Made by a program: the position numbers and the translations under genes
The notes under the pieces: generated by a model
What the model saw: the letters and a program-made list of their open reading frames with translations, nothing else
Database searches by the model: none
Told to the model about the DNA's origin: nothing
Shown: positions 50,275 to 62,891 of the stretch, one piece after another
Layout: every line of letters starts with the position of its first letter
Position numbering within the stretch: position 1 is the stretch's first letter
Source: Hydrolagus affinis
Taxonomy: Eukaryota
Length of the DNA: 64,000 nt
Assembly (NCBI GenBank): GCA_012026655.1
Contig: JAAILG010000582.1
Location: 1-64,000 of the forward strand
Direction of reading: 5' to 3'

Positions 50275-50529
50275 CAGTAAAAGCCTGTTTATCCATGACC
50301 CGATCATTCGTAACTTCCGTATAACCTGCACCTCCAAACAAAATCCCCATTCGATCAACCAGAATTTATCCAGCACAATGTATTATTTTTTGTTTTTAAT
50401 TATTATTATTTTTGTGTGTGTTTTTGGCTGAATACCCGGCACGCGCTTTACAACAACTTTGATTTATTTATTTCACTTTAACCGGCATTGGCCAGATCCC
50501 AAGGATGCTGGATAAACGAGCTTTTATTG
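50275..50529. mobile_element. Tigger/pogo-type MITE (255 bp), TA TSD
   Basis: TA|CAGTAAAAGCCTGTTTATCC ... GGATAAACGAGCTTTTATTG|TA, with internal TTTATCCAGCA / TTTAACCGGCA repeats. Confidence 0.75.
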
Positions 50530-50579
50530 TACTTCTAGAATACATTTTATTTGTATGTGGAAACTGTATGGGATGGTTA

Positions 50580-50676
50580 TGGTCTCCTGGCTCAGCTTTG
50601 GGCTCCGCCATTGTTAAGCGCTCTTGAGACGCTGCCCGGCGTGGAGGATGCTGTACAAACACAAGTTTGTTGTTGT
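50580..50676 (+). mobile_element. L2-type 3' end (same stem-loop family as 8334 and 14339)
   Basis: AAGCGCTCTTGAGACGCTGCCCGGCGTGGAGGATGCT...TTGTTGTTGT. Confidence 0.6.
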
Positions 50677-51445
50677 GGTTATAGTGTGAAGCAAAATCAA
50701 TAGTGAAAGCGAGACTGCAAGCCCCTCAACCACACAGTTGTATAAATATATAGGACCATTGTGTTGACGCTGTTTTAATTTGAAAAGTCAACCTTATGTA
50801 ACATTGGACGCTGAGTCACTTCTAGGATAGGGTAGAAAATTACTTCATGATCTTCCTTCGCTCTCCTTCAGTGTAGAGAGCACTGGAGGCAGTTTTGCAC
50901 CTCATCAGTAAATGGTTACATTAGCCACAAGTCTGTGCTTACTGCTCAGATGTAGCAAGCAAAGAGTAGAACATCGGGACAGTTCAGACAGATATAGCTA
51001 CTTGCTCGCTGTAAGCCTGAATTCAGCACATATGCTAGAATAATGCTTGAGTGAACCAACCACAACTTTAGTTTTTATTAAAGCACTATTACTACATAGT
51101 TAAATACCTTCTGTTTTCTCTCCGTCCACAGCCCATGGTTTGACTCGGGTCAACTGTGTGCAGAGTAACTCCAGTGTTTTATTATTTTTTTTAAGTGATT
51201 GTTTAGTCGCTTTTATCTTCCTTTTTTCTAAAGCTTCAATACCAATTAATGCTAATCAACAAATTCCTAAACAAGGAGCTACAGAACCCATTTCAAGTCG
51301 GTCCAGTTATCTCGAGCATTGCTTAGCTAATGAAAACAAAAGTGTTAAGAGATAAGAGGGATGGGTATTGTTTGTTTTACTACAGAATCTGGACTATCTG
51401 CAGACCTCAATCTGTCCCTGACAACTCACTGGGTCACCTTCTGGT

Positions 51446-51553
51446 CAAATATATACAGTCAATTCACTTTACAGTATATTCTGTGATGTGCTTTGGGATG
51501 TCGATAAGATGTGAAAAGCGCTATATCAAATGCAAGGATTATTATTATTATTA
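51446..51553 (+). mobile_element. 5'-truncated SINE
   Basis: CAGTCAATTCACTTTACAGTATATTCTGTG...GCAAGG(ATT)n. Confidence 0.85.
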
Positions 51554-53024
51554 TGTGTCACAGAGCCTTCGTAAAGCTAATCAGTAGTGAAGGCTGCTAC
51601 TCCCCAATGTTACACAGCATTGATAGGTGATTACACGGATGCCTGATCCAACAAAACTCTTGTTTAAGAACAAGCAGCCTTAAACCGGGCACTTAGTTGT
51701 CCAAAATATTAATGGAGCTCATGATTTTTTTAATACACAGAATCATTGTAACATTAACATTGACGAATGCTGATGGATTGTCTGCTGACTGTTTATCGTT
51801 ATCAGGACGTTCGGTGAGACTGTTTGTAAGCTATTATGTTTCATCGTATTGACGCTTAGATCCCTGTTGATGTCCGATGGCCAGCTTGAAACCAGTGAGA
51901 ATGACTTTGAGATAGAGTGCTGGTCAGAGCTAGAGGACAATGCAAATTTTTTTAAAAAAATAGAGAAATGGCAAAAAAAAATGAAAATAACAAAAATGAG
52001 AAGAAAAGGGAAGAGGGAAAGGAAATATGAAAATGACAAGAGGAATTGAATGAACTCTTTACGGTTTCAAACTCATCAAATGTACCGTCTCTAATCACCA
52101 AAAACCATGCTTGAATTTTAAACGAAAGATTTAAGTACAATCCTTAAAAAACTAAATAAATTTCACCATTCTTGTAAACTCTTGGGGTAGTGGGCAAAGC
52201 TACAACAAACTGCAAACTGATGAATGCCCATGTTCAATGCACATGTATGTAGCTGTGGTACAATTGCTGACTTACAGTCTATTAATTCACCACTGACATT
52301 TCTTCCTACTTTGCTGCAAGCATAGCAGGAAGTGATTACAACTGGATCCAATGACGGACATTTTTCTTTTAGTACAGGAAGCAGCCCACCAGCTGGGAGT
52401 GAGTGGTCAACTTTTACGCACCCAGAGAAAACAGATGTAAAGCTGCACCTTTAGAGCATTCTCTGAATCCCAATCAATCCACTCTGATGGAGTTACACTT
52501 TACCAAGATGCAGTACAATGCAACAAATTGCTGGGGTATTTTTGTTTAGCTTGTCAAAGGCTTTGTGGTTCTATTCTTTAAAACACATTTGGAAAAGTGT
52601 ACACAATCAGAAGTTAAATAGAATTCAGTGTTTATTCCTTCAAAAAGCTTTTGTGTAACCGACATTGTCTTGGTGATGGGAAGAAGGGAGAAAAGGCAAA
52701 ATTGTAATGGAAACATAACTCAAACCATATGGAGAGGCTTTAGACAAACTAGGATTGCACTTCATGACCCTGTCTCAGATTATTTAGCTTTTGGAGAACA
52801 AGGTCTGTCCTTAGAAATTCTATTACAAAGAGTTATGTTTTTTTGTTATGACAAGAGTATTATTTAGAAGCTGATTCATAACACTTCGATCAAAATTGAT
52901 AGCAAAGTACTTTGTGGTGATGTGTCATCAGATATTGAGGTTATGAACATAGTTATTGGTAAATCTTTGTCTGGTGTACTGTGCCAAATTTTGTTCTACG
53001 TATATACTGTAGAGTTTGTCGTGT

Positions 53025-53105
53025 TCAGCAAACAGAAACTCCTACAAATGCACAGCCGCTGAAAGCAAGCAATCTGTTAATGTTTCGGGTGTGACGCTAC
53101 GTCAC
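53025..53105 (-). mobile_element. Degraded Penelope pLTR fragment
   Basis: The reverse strand reads GTGACGTAGCGTCACACCCGAAACATTAAC, a decayed CTGACGAAGGGTCACACCCGAAACGTTAAC. Confidence 0.45.
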
Positions 53106-56100
53106 ATTTGTATCCCTAAGGTAAGCTACAGTGCTGAAAAGTTAAGTACCTCAGCTGTTTCTTCAGAGCTCTGTTAAAGTACATGCAAACCACGGAGAGC
53201 CCATCGCCAGCGTCACAGATCTGAATATTTTATGCCAATTTATATTTTAACATGAGTCAAAAGGTAAGTCATAAATGCTTACATAGTTCTAGTGCGATTG
53301 CTGTAAGGAGAAAGCCATCTGTTGAAGGTAATGAGTGCAAAGCATTCTGTGGATTATGTACAGAGAGATCTGCAAACTTAAATTCTTTCAGGCAACTAGC
53401 TCACGATTATTAAGTAAAGTCATGCATCAGACAGTTAGTCTCTGTCCTTGACTTAATCGAGCTCAAAAATGAAATCATTTGGTCATAAAGTGCATGCTCG
53501 ACGAGCAAATTGCAAAACAGGTGTTTTATGGCAAATATTATCTGAGCAGGCCAGCGATGTGTTCAGAGGGCATTTTGATTTGGTGTGTCTGCTTGCCCAC
53601 AGCTTTTTGCACTCCGCTTGGCATTTCAGCAGTTGCTCGTTATTTAAAATAAGAGGGTTAAAATACCAATTTATACCTGTCACTTGGAATGCAGGCACAC
53701 AACTGATAGATCGGTTTCGGCTTCATCAGCTCTTTAGCAACATTGGAATGGTCTGTGCAGGATAACTAAATTATTGAATGGTCTACTAATGGGTCCTGTC
53801 TTTGTAAATGGTCAAACGAGTGTCTGCAGTGCAAGCTTTTTCTCGATTTGTTTCAGATGGTGTTATTCACATTGCTGTTGTCTATAAATACACAGTAAAG
53901 GCGTTCAATTGATTGATAAATAAGATCTTCCATAGGTTTAATTATTGTGTCGCACTAATTACCTGACAGGAAATCATCAAGTGGTCCAGTAAAGGTTGTT
54001 TAATTAAAACTTTAGCTATGTTGTTTAAGGTGTTGGTGAGTGATGAGTGACACTGGACAGAGATGCTTAAAGGTTGAGCAATACTCTGGGTTGAGTAATA
54101 AAGGTTAGACAAATGCACCAGTTTGTCCAATTTGAAACCATATATCAACATCATTGGAATGTCAACCTAGACTATGAACTCTGTCTATAAAACAGCAGTC
54201 TTCACGTCTCTGCAATTGCCTCACCCTGAACTAAGTTTAAGCACAGCCAAGCCAGTTAATGTTTTATAAAAGTAGAGAGCAACTCAATGAAATATCCAGG
54301 TTGAGTAATAACGGATAGACAAATTGGACAAGGTATTTGAAACCATATCCCAGCATGAGGTTGCATCCTTTACATAGAAGCGGCTTTAAACCAGTCTGGT
54401 ATTTATTCTGTGAGCTCACAACACTATTTTCTAATTAGGTTATTCATCCTCATTTGCACCATTCCTGAAGGTTGATATCAATTATTAAAAGTAAAATGCT
54501 TGTATCCTCATTTGATTGTCAGTTTATATCTATAAATAATACAGTGAATCCGGTTGGCTTAATAAATGTGATACCCTAGGATCATTTAAAAATGGTACAT
54601 CCTACAATCATGATGTTGAGTTCTGATGAGGATGGTTGCACTATTTTAACAAAAATGTGTCCACTTATTTGTGGAATCAATGCTAAATAATGGAAAATTG
54701 CTTCTTTGTTTTCTCATAAGTATTTGTATGTCCCACTTAAGACTGAATAAATCATGTTGTAGCTAGCCTTGAATTCAGACAAGCAGACTATGAAGGAAGA
54801 AGTTATTAGAGGTCTTCAGGTTGAAATTACTCAGACCTGATAGTTGTACAATATAATCTGCTTTGTAAGCAATGCTTTGAGTGGCCCTGTCCTTGCAGAC
54901 CTTAAATAGGACCTACAGCTTCCCATTACATTTGTTCATATTATACATTGGCATTTAGTAGGTGTTAATTAACAATGGTGCTGTATTACAAAGCACTTTG
55001 AGGAATAAAGAAATTAAAGAATAAAACAAATGGATAAATGGTGCAATTACGATAATCTGCAATAGAATTAAATCAATGATATGATGTGGAGCAATAACTT
55101 TTAGAATAATTACACCTTGTCTTTTTCTTATTTAAGCGACAGCTAGAATAATAATTTGGCATTAAGCTTCATGTCACGTCATTGCTGTAAATTTTGTCAT
55201 GCACCTATACATTTCAGTTTCATGTAAAAGTAATGCAGTATATAATATTGACGGTATAGTGAGGTATGTACCCTAGAGATATCCTGGAAGACCATGAACA
55301 CATTCTGCACTCTTAACTACCAGTGATTCCTTTTCATTTGTCTATCACATAAGGGGAAATTCTTCTTCTGTGTCGCTGGGATTTTACTCCCGTGAATATC
55401 GGACTGTGGAGTGATAGTGTCCGATCGTAAGATCTGTTTAATTCCTGAATTTAAACTTGTGTTTAAAATCCAGAAGGAAACATGCAGTGAGGAAGGGCTG
55501 TACAGCAAGGCAAGCTGTCTCTTCCATAAATCTTGTGGAATCTTCCCTGACACAGATTCTCAATCTCTGTTTCAATGACATAAAAGGATTGATAGCCTTC
55601 GGTCTATTTTTCAAGGCCTTGGAATGACCTCCCAATGTGAAATGCTCTATATAAATGCAATTTGTTGTTCTTTTTAATGTTTGAATTTGTTAGGGTTATG
55701 ATAAAACTACTGGGGACTGTTGCTTGCAATAACTAGTGTGTATAATTTGTTCAATTTAGTCTTTAACAAATTGAGACCCCAAATGTTGGATAACAACAAC
55801 ATTTATACAGTGTACCCCATGCAACGCAGCGTCCCAGGGTGTTAGATAACAATTGCTGACAATATTTAACACAAATAATACTTATGAAACATTGCAAATT
55901 ACACCACAGCCTGAGACATGATATTTAACAACAATAACAGAATTACATTTGTATCGTGCCTTTCACATCAGGAGATGTCCCAATTTAAATAATAATTCCT
56001 CAAACCATATGAAGTTTGTAAAAATTAAAAAAAAAGTCTCAAATGAATGAATAAAATGAAATAATGCAGTTTCTTCAATGTTAATTTTTCTTTACCCTGC

Positions 56101-56670
56101 AATAACAGAAAATGAAATTTGTAAAAACAATAAACTTGATTATTTGTTTTGTTTGTCCCCAAATTCCCTTAGGAAAAGTAGAATGGCATGCAAATTGGGG
56201 AGTCATTATTTATATATCAGCAGAGATTGAATCCTTATCTGCCATGATGAGAGTAATAACATATTTTTAATATAAAAGAAAATTTAAAGTAGTTTCACTT
56301 TATCTTCCTCTTCTGTGCCTTCCTGATCACCACATACTAATCTAATGCACTCGGAAAGTAGGACAATTGAAATCTTGTTCCTGTTAGTTCTCTGAAGATA
56401 GATCTCTGAATGCTAACCACCAGCTAGTGTCTCACACCTTTGATGGTAGCATTCATAGTCTTCATTGATACTCATGGCTTTGCTACTATGTATATTATCA
56501 ATAAAACTTCCACAGTACCATTAGAAGCTCTTGACTCAAAAATCTTTTTTCTCTCTCGTGCCAACAATATATTTTTCATTCAGCAACTGTAGAACATGCA
56601 AAGTAACTGTGCTCTATAGTACATCTTATGAAGCTCTTTGATATGGTCTTCCAATGTGAAATAATAAAGA

Positions 56671-56779
56671 ATAATAATAATCCTTGCACTTGATATAGCG
56701 CTTAACATCTTATCGACGTCTCAAAGCACTTCACAGAATATACTGTAAAGTGAATTGACTGTATATTTGTGGGTGAAAG
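56671..56779 (-). mobile_element. 5'-truncated SINE
   Basis: (AAT)nCCTTGCACTTGATATAGCGC...GTGAATTGACTG. Confidence 0.85.
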
Positions 56780-57276
56780 ATGATGTATGAAATGCAAGAT
56801 ATTATTATTAACTTCCTTATAAATCTCAAATATCCTGACGGTGTTGTGTTTCGATGGGATAAAAGTAAAGGCTTGACATTGTATGTTTTTTGTGAGTTGG
56901 GTATCTGATACCCTCAGAAACCCATCACCAAACCAAACTGAGAGTTTCATGTGTAGGTGGGATGCACAGAACTCTATTTGATTGGGATATTCTTAAGTAC
57001 AGTGATGGGTTTTCACATGTGCCAAACGCGTGGCTGATCAACAAAAATCTCATTTTCTGATCACTTTTAGTTTTCTTAAAATATGAGATACAGTAGTTTC
57101 AATCATTTCTGAAGAAGAAAAGAAAATGGAATCTTGTGAAAGCGTCTAGTGATTCGAGCTGTTCAAAATTGGAATTCAACCAGATTGAAAGGGATACATA
57201 TTCTTTTCTTCGTTGAACAAAGCAACATAGTCAGTGCCCACATAGTCAGTCCCCTTGTCCAGGGGAGCATTATTTG

Positions 57277-57623
57277 TGGAGCTCCCTTGGCTCAGTGGTT
57301 AGAGCACTTGTCTTGCAAGCTGGGGAGACCAAGCTGCGGAGACCGGTGTTCGAATCCAGGCAGGTCAGGGCGAAACCCTGGGCAAGTTTCCTTACTCCAC
57401 ACGCCTAATAATAATCCCTCCAATAAAAAACACAATAATAAAATTAGTCATTCCAATCCATGACTATTTGTGGGACACTGCTGTACGCAATTGGCTGCCG
57501 CATTTCGCCCACAAATATATACGTCAATTCACTTTACAGTATATTCTGTGAAGCGCTTTGGGATGTCGATAAGATGTGAAAAGCACTATTATCAAATTCA
57601 AGGATTATTATTATATTATTATT
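57277..57623 (+). mobile_element. tRNA-head/Deu SINE (same subfamily as 7584)
   Basis: GGAGCTCC start, CTTGCAAGCTGGGGAGACCAAGCTGCGGAGACC, and GGCAGGTCAGGGCG. Confidence 0.92.
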
Positions 57624-58109
57624 TTCAGATGAAATAAATTAAATCAGGCTGCAATCCAGAACCCATTATCAGCAAGCTTTTGTGATTGCCATAATATGAA
57701 GTGATCTCCCAGATGATGCATTATGTGCTCAGTAAAATATTTTTCAATCTAATCGCACAATCTTGTGTTGATATGTACTTCATTTGATTTTGATCATTAT
57801 CTGCATTTCACTAAATGATACCTTCTTGTGTGGAGGGTGAGGTGTGAAAAAATAATTTAGAAACTATCTTGAATATTTAACCCCCCCCACCCGAAGCACG
57901 TGTTGAAATTATGTAAAGATGATCTCTAAGATTTTAGCTGATACTAAAAGAATCAGAAGAAACACAGAGGAAACTGATGATCGATGAGCAATAATGATGA
58001 CGAGAGTTGCGTTACAGTATGTTATCCACTCGGGTGTGTTGTACATATTGAGTATATGGGTACAACAAATTGATGGTTCACAGTGTCTCTGTATGCATTA
58101 GGATTATAT

Positions 58110-58404
58110 TGGGGCATTACTGTGCGCAATTGGCTACTGTGTTTCTTTCACAAATATACAGTAAATTCACTTTGCCGAATAATCTGTGAAGAGCTTTGAG
58201 ATGGCTGGAAGACATCCAGTCTTTCTTTGCTCAGCAATTTGACTTGGAAACATGTGTGAACATCACCTGAGCCCCTCAACCCAAAACCTGTCAGGCGGAA
58301 TCGTCCAGGCTCTTTGAATTTTACCAGTGCTTCTTTATGCGCTTTGAGATGTCTGGAAGAAGTGAAAAGCGATATATCAAATACAAGGATTATTATCATT
58401 ATTA
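58110..58404 (+). mobile_element. Chimera: SINE 3' half followed by a LINE-like 3' UTR sharing the SINE tail
   Basis: 58110-58205 is SINE core/tail start. 58206-58404 matches the reverse complement of 60417-60605. Confidence 0.75.
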
Positions 58405-60416
58405 TGAGAGCGAAGAAATCTAAGTGTTTTATTATAATAATATGATATAACTGAAATATCCAGGATATATTGCTCCAATAATTGACTTAAAGCCTTCCAA
58501 TGTTCACTTGCAAAGAATGGCTATTTGAACTACAGTATTTGCCAGAGGCTAGTCAGTGCTCTTGGAACAATACCAAAACAAGCTTTATAATTTCCAGGAG
58601 AAAGAGGAAGAACACTGGCAAAGAGGAAGCAAGAGTACAAAGAGGAAAAAAAATCAGTGTGAAGAGAAATACAATTTAATGGCACACAGTAGCAAAAGAA
58701 TTTAGATGGAAGCAAAGAGGATGGAATGAAAATGCATCAAAAAAATACAGCAAAGAACAAATCCAGCCAGAAATTGTGAAAAGTATTTTTTGTGTCCTCT
58801 ATATTAAAAGTTCAGTCCACTTATACCAGTCAGATCTCTCCCTATCTGGACAACACTGAGCTGCAAAGAAATAGCCGTATTCATTGCGCTCTCAAATTAT
58901 TTACAGACCTTTCCCGTAACTGCACCTATGAAGTTAATATATTTCCCTGGTACTGTACTTTCCTCCAATTGTTCTGATCGTTCCATTTTATTCCTGCCAG
59001 TGTGATTGCAACAAATGCCCATAGAGAGGAGAGCTGTTCTTGATGAGGTGCTTCATCATGTCGCATTACATAAGGAAATGCTTTGAAGTACTATATAATG
59101 ATTTACATTGATCTACTCTCACTCATACAAAAATGGAAAATATTTAGCTATGATGATGAGGTACTCAATGGTTTCTCGGGTTTTTTTTATGCTTTGTTTT
59201 ATTTAACATTATCTCGACTTGAACATTTCCTCTGCAGTTTACTTTCCTGTGTCTCGAATAATTACTTTAGAATCTTGAAGATCTCGCAGCTGTAACAAAT
59301 GCATCGTGTGCTGTAATTTTATTGCAAATTTCAAGTTGTGGTTATCTTCACTCGCTTGGGCTTTTCTTAGACGTTGTCAATGCTGGATTCACAAACCACG
59401 AATTTCACAAACCATTACTTGAAATTAATCTGTTCAATGAGTTTTTGAAATTAGATCCATTTCACGATAACAAATGTAATAAATCCAGCGCAGATTATAT
59501 TGCATTTGTGCTGGTGTTAGTCACACTCCATTGTGTAATATTCGCTTTTAAGTATGTTGGGGAAATAGGATTCAATACACCATACAAGAGCTCATGTTGT
59601 TGTGTGTCTCTCTCTCCTGTAATTGACAATTTGGCAGCACAATTGTGGAAGCTCCCCCAGGCTAAGTTCCAAGAAGAAACAATAGGTGAGTGATTAGCAA
59701 AGCACAATAAATACAAAGCAAAGTGGACCAAAGAGCGAGTTAGAAACCATTGATTCAATAGGTTATATCACGGACCGAAAGAGCAAAGTGTTCTGCTTTG
59801 CTTTATGAATGTCTTCTTTACCTCAGATAGAAATACGGTGCTGCCTTGCCGTTTCTCCCAACACATTTTATGATAGTTGCTATATTTTAACGACCGTTCA
59901 GGTTTTCAGCATTTCAAGATGGCTTTTTGATGTCTGCAATCAGAAAAGGGTGAATGCTGTTTGAAAAGAACACGGCGGTGTAACAACTAATGTTTGTTTT
60001 TACTTGTAATTTTATCCTGTGAGGGAAATATCTATTCAGTGGGTTACTGAATGCCACACATTCAGGCATATGTTGGCCGAAGGTCTACTTTCGATCCATA
60101 TCCGTGCCATTCTGTTCTGGAATTGCAGATGGCCACTATAGTGTGTCTGTTGCAGCCGACGATAGATACTTGAAGGTTTGTGGCAAAGGTTGAACTGGAG
60201 AAATTAAGCAAAGTTATGGGAAAATAGTATTCAGATAAAGTGCATGAGGGATATCCACAAAGATCGAAACAACAACATCAATTCGCAAATAGAGTCAGCT
60301 GCTCTTGTTATATACAGTTTTCTAAAGTGTCCTGCATCACCCGACTGCTGAAAACCCTAATGAATTTTGTTTGTTCATGAATTCACCGCTGTCCATACAT
60401 CTGTCTGATTTATCGA

Positions 60417-60618
60417 TAATAATAATCCTTGCATTTGATATAGCGCCTTCTTACATCTTTGAGATGTCTCAAAGCATATAAAGAAGCACTGGTACTATTC
60501 AAAGAATTGTCAGGGCTGAAGCCTTCTGCTTGACCACTTTTGGATTGCAGGCTCATGTGATGTTCACACACATATTTCCAAGTCAAATTGCTGAGCCAAG
60601 AAATGTTGACCATCATCA
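60417..60618 (-). mobile_element. Putative partner-LINE 3' UTR with GCAAGG(ATT)n tail
   Basis: The last ~60 nt equal the SINE tail. The upstream ~140 nt are unrelated to the SINE but shared with 58206-58340. Confidence 0.7.
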
Positions 60619-61372
60619 ATGTCTAGGATAAACGTGGATTTGCTGTGCTTGTCACCTCACAGGCAGTTCAACCCAGACAGATCTTATTTACCTCCTTCTA
60701 CCTGGTTGCACACCACTGAATCAAAGCTGAATATAATTGAGAATTTTCATGTTTTTATTTGTGTGTTGCTTTAGCATTTTTAACATGCAAGACAGACCGT
60801 AATCATCACTCAATTTATGTTTAGAAATTCACTTTACCGATTTGCTTCACCATCCTCTGCATCAGTAAAGACAGCTTAGAATTTTTCTGACACTAATTGC
60901 GTGTTCTCGGATTGCATAAGTTGTACGTTTGCAGAGTAGCCCATAATAATGAATATAAAAAGTATCTGAATCAGTACTAAATAGACCAAAACAGACAGTT
61001 ATTGATTATGTAAGCCATTGAAGCAATAGTGGTACAGTAGAATGTCAACTTCCCCTGGATCGGAAGGGTCGCTGAACAGATCAGAAATTCCTTCCAGGCA
61101 GTTGACTATAAACAGATAAGATAGATTGAAACATCATCATCCACCATCATCTATTTTCATCTTAATGCTACAGTAATTCTTTCACTATGTCATCTGCAAT
61201 AGAAATATGCAGGCTGTGGGATCAGGAGATAACTATTTTGTTGCCCGTCTGAGGACATATTTTGCTGGAAGATTTTTTTTCAGGTGTCCAACCACAACAA
61301 AGTTGCACTTATATATACTGTGGCAACCCTTTTACATTGGGGGGACATGCCAAGGCGCTGGACAGTCTAGAA

Positions 61373-61680
61373 CAGTGGTTCTCAACCTTTTTCAGTAATG
61401 TACCCCTTGTTAATTTTCAACATTATCGTGTACCCCCACCCAACAACATACACACACACACCGCCCCCCTCATTCCACTTGCATTTTATGACCAAGCTTT
61501 TCTTATATAACAAAATAACTAACACATACAAAACGAGGGGAATAACAATTAAATGTACAATTTGGAAGGCTATAAAATGCTAAGTAAGAGAGCTAAATAA
61601 GTCAGTGTACCGCCACCTGTAACCCCGGGAAATAATTTTGTACCCCCTGGGGTACATGTAACCCTGATTGAGAACCGCTG
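61373..61680. mobile_element. hAT/Charlie-type MITE (308 bp) nested in an L2 3' end
   Basis: TIRs CAGTGGTTCTCAA / TTGAGAACCGCTG. The 8-bp flanks GTCTAGAA / GTCTAGGG fit the Charlie NTCTAGAN target. The host L2 tail (61293-61364, minus strand) resumes after 61688. Confidence 0.85.
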
Positions 61681-61813
61681 GTCTAGGGTTACAGCCTGAC
61701 CTGGGTACAGAAGCTGAGGAGTTGGGTTAAGGGCCGAGGAAAAAGACCAAAGGGAATAAGAGGAGGCTTGTGAGATGGATGGAAGGTTTTTTGTTTGAAG
61801 GCAACTTAATAGC

Positions 61814-61914
61814 AATAATAATCCTTGCATTTGATGTAATACCTTATCAAGGTATGTCAAAGCGCTTCACAGAATACACTGTAATGTGAATTAACTGCAT
61901 ATTTTGTGGGCAAA
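61814..61914 (-). mobile_element. 5'-truncated SINE
   Basis: AATAATAATCCTTGCATTTGATG...GCGCTTCACAGAATACACTG. Confidence 0.8.
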
Positions 61915-62716
61915 ACCTGTGTGCAAGATGTTTACAGTGTACATTTATAGAGATTTAAATCCTTGAGTCCAAGTGTGCATTAACGTGTTGAAATACCTTG
62001 AGTGAAATAATTTTCTACCAGGGCACTGACTCATCGGGTTATCTGGAGCAGAATGGAACGAATCCCATTCACCCTGTGGCATTATTTATGAACCGGGGAG
62101 ACTTGTCAATCACCAGCAGTGCAGAGGATCTGCCTGGTTCAGTATTAACATCAACAACTTGCCTTTACATCGCGCTCTTCATGCGGAATAGCATCTCAGA
62201 GGGTTTAACAGTGGCAGAGTGCGATGCAGAGCCGGAGAAATCAACAAGTTAATGCACAGATTTTTGGTCATGTGATATTGCTCCCTTGACCGTATAACTC
62301 TGTTTTCCCTACTGTTGAATCCACTGATGTGGAGTCAGTTATACTGGCTGCACATACCAATACCCATGGAATTGCTTCACATTATGGCAGCATGAATGCA
62401 CATCAGAGCCCATGCTTCAGTGCAATGTTGTATGATGTTTTAGGTCAAACAGAGAATCGCCCTTGATTAAAGCCACTGCCACCAATAGTCCCAAGCTGAG
62501 TGATCTGACCAGTGTCATATCTTTATCCTGTTGAACCTCCAGTGATATTTCACTGTTGCCCATCGAACACTTGATAGAAGGCCGTTTGGCACATCTGTAA
62601 TGTATGTTGATATGTATTTATTGCCAATATTTATTGATATTTTGCTGAAACAGGGTAGTTTCTCTCCTTTTACCCCCCCCCCCCCAAATGGAAGCAAGCC
62701 CAGTGGTCCAGTCAGC

Positions 62717-62891
62717 AGGAAAGAGGCTTTACGCTAAGCTTAAGTGAAACCGTGACACATGAACATTGCTGGAAGCCGCAAGAGGGAAGACAAATTCTGG
62801 ATCTCGCCTCATTGAGTAGAGAGGATTTTTGGAATGAAATAGTCTCTTTGGATAACAGCGACATGCAGAAAGTAGCATGCCTCAAATGGTG
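62717..62891 (+). mobile_element. Possible ancient CR1 APE-endonuclease remnant
   Basis: The frame reads ...KPQEGRQILDLASLSREDFWNEIVSLDNSDM, echoing CR1 PTR..AILDLVLS.E...L.NSDH. Confidence 0.3.

Noticed and set aside
59322-59693. 123-aa ORF as a nested gene
   Set aside because: It has a non-ATG start and no recognisable homology. Only its last 48 nt have exon-like boundaries, reported separately.
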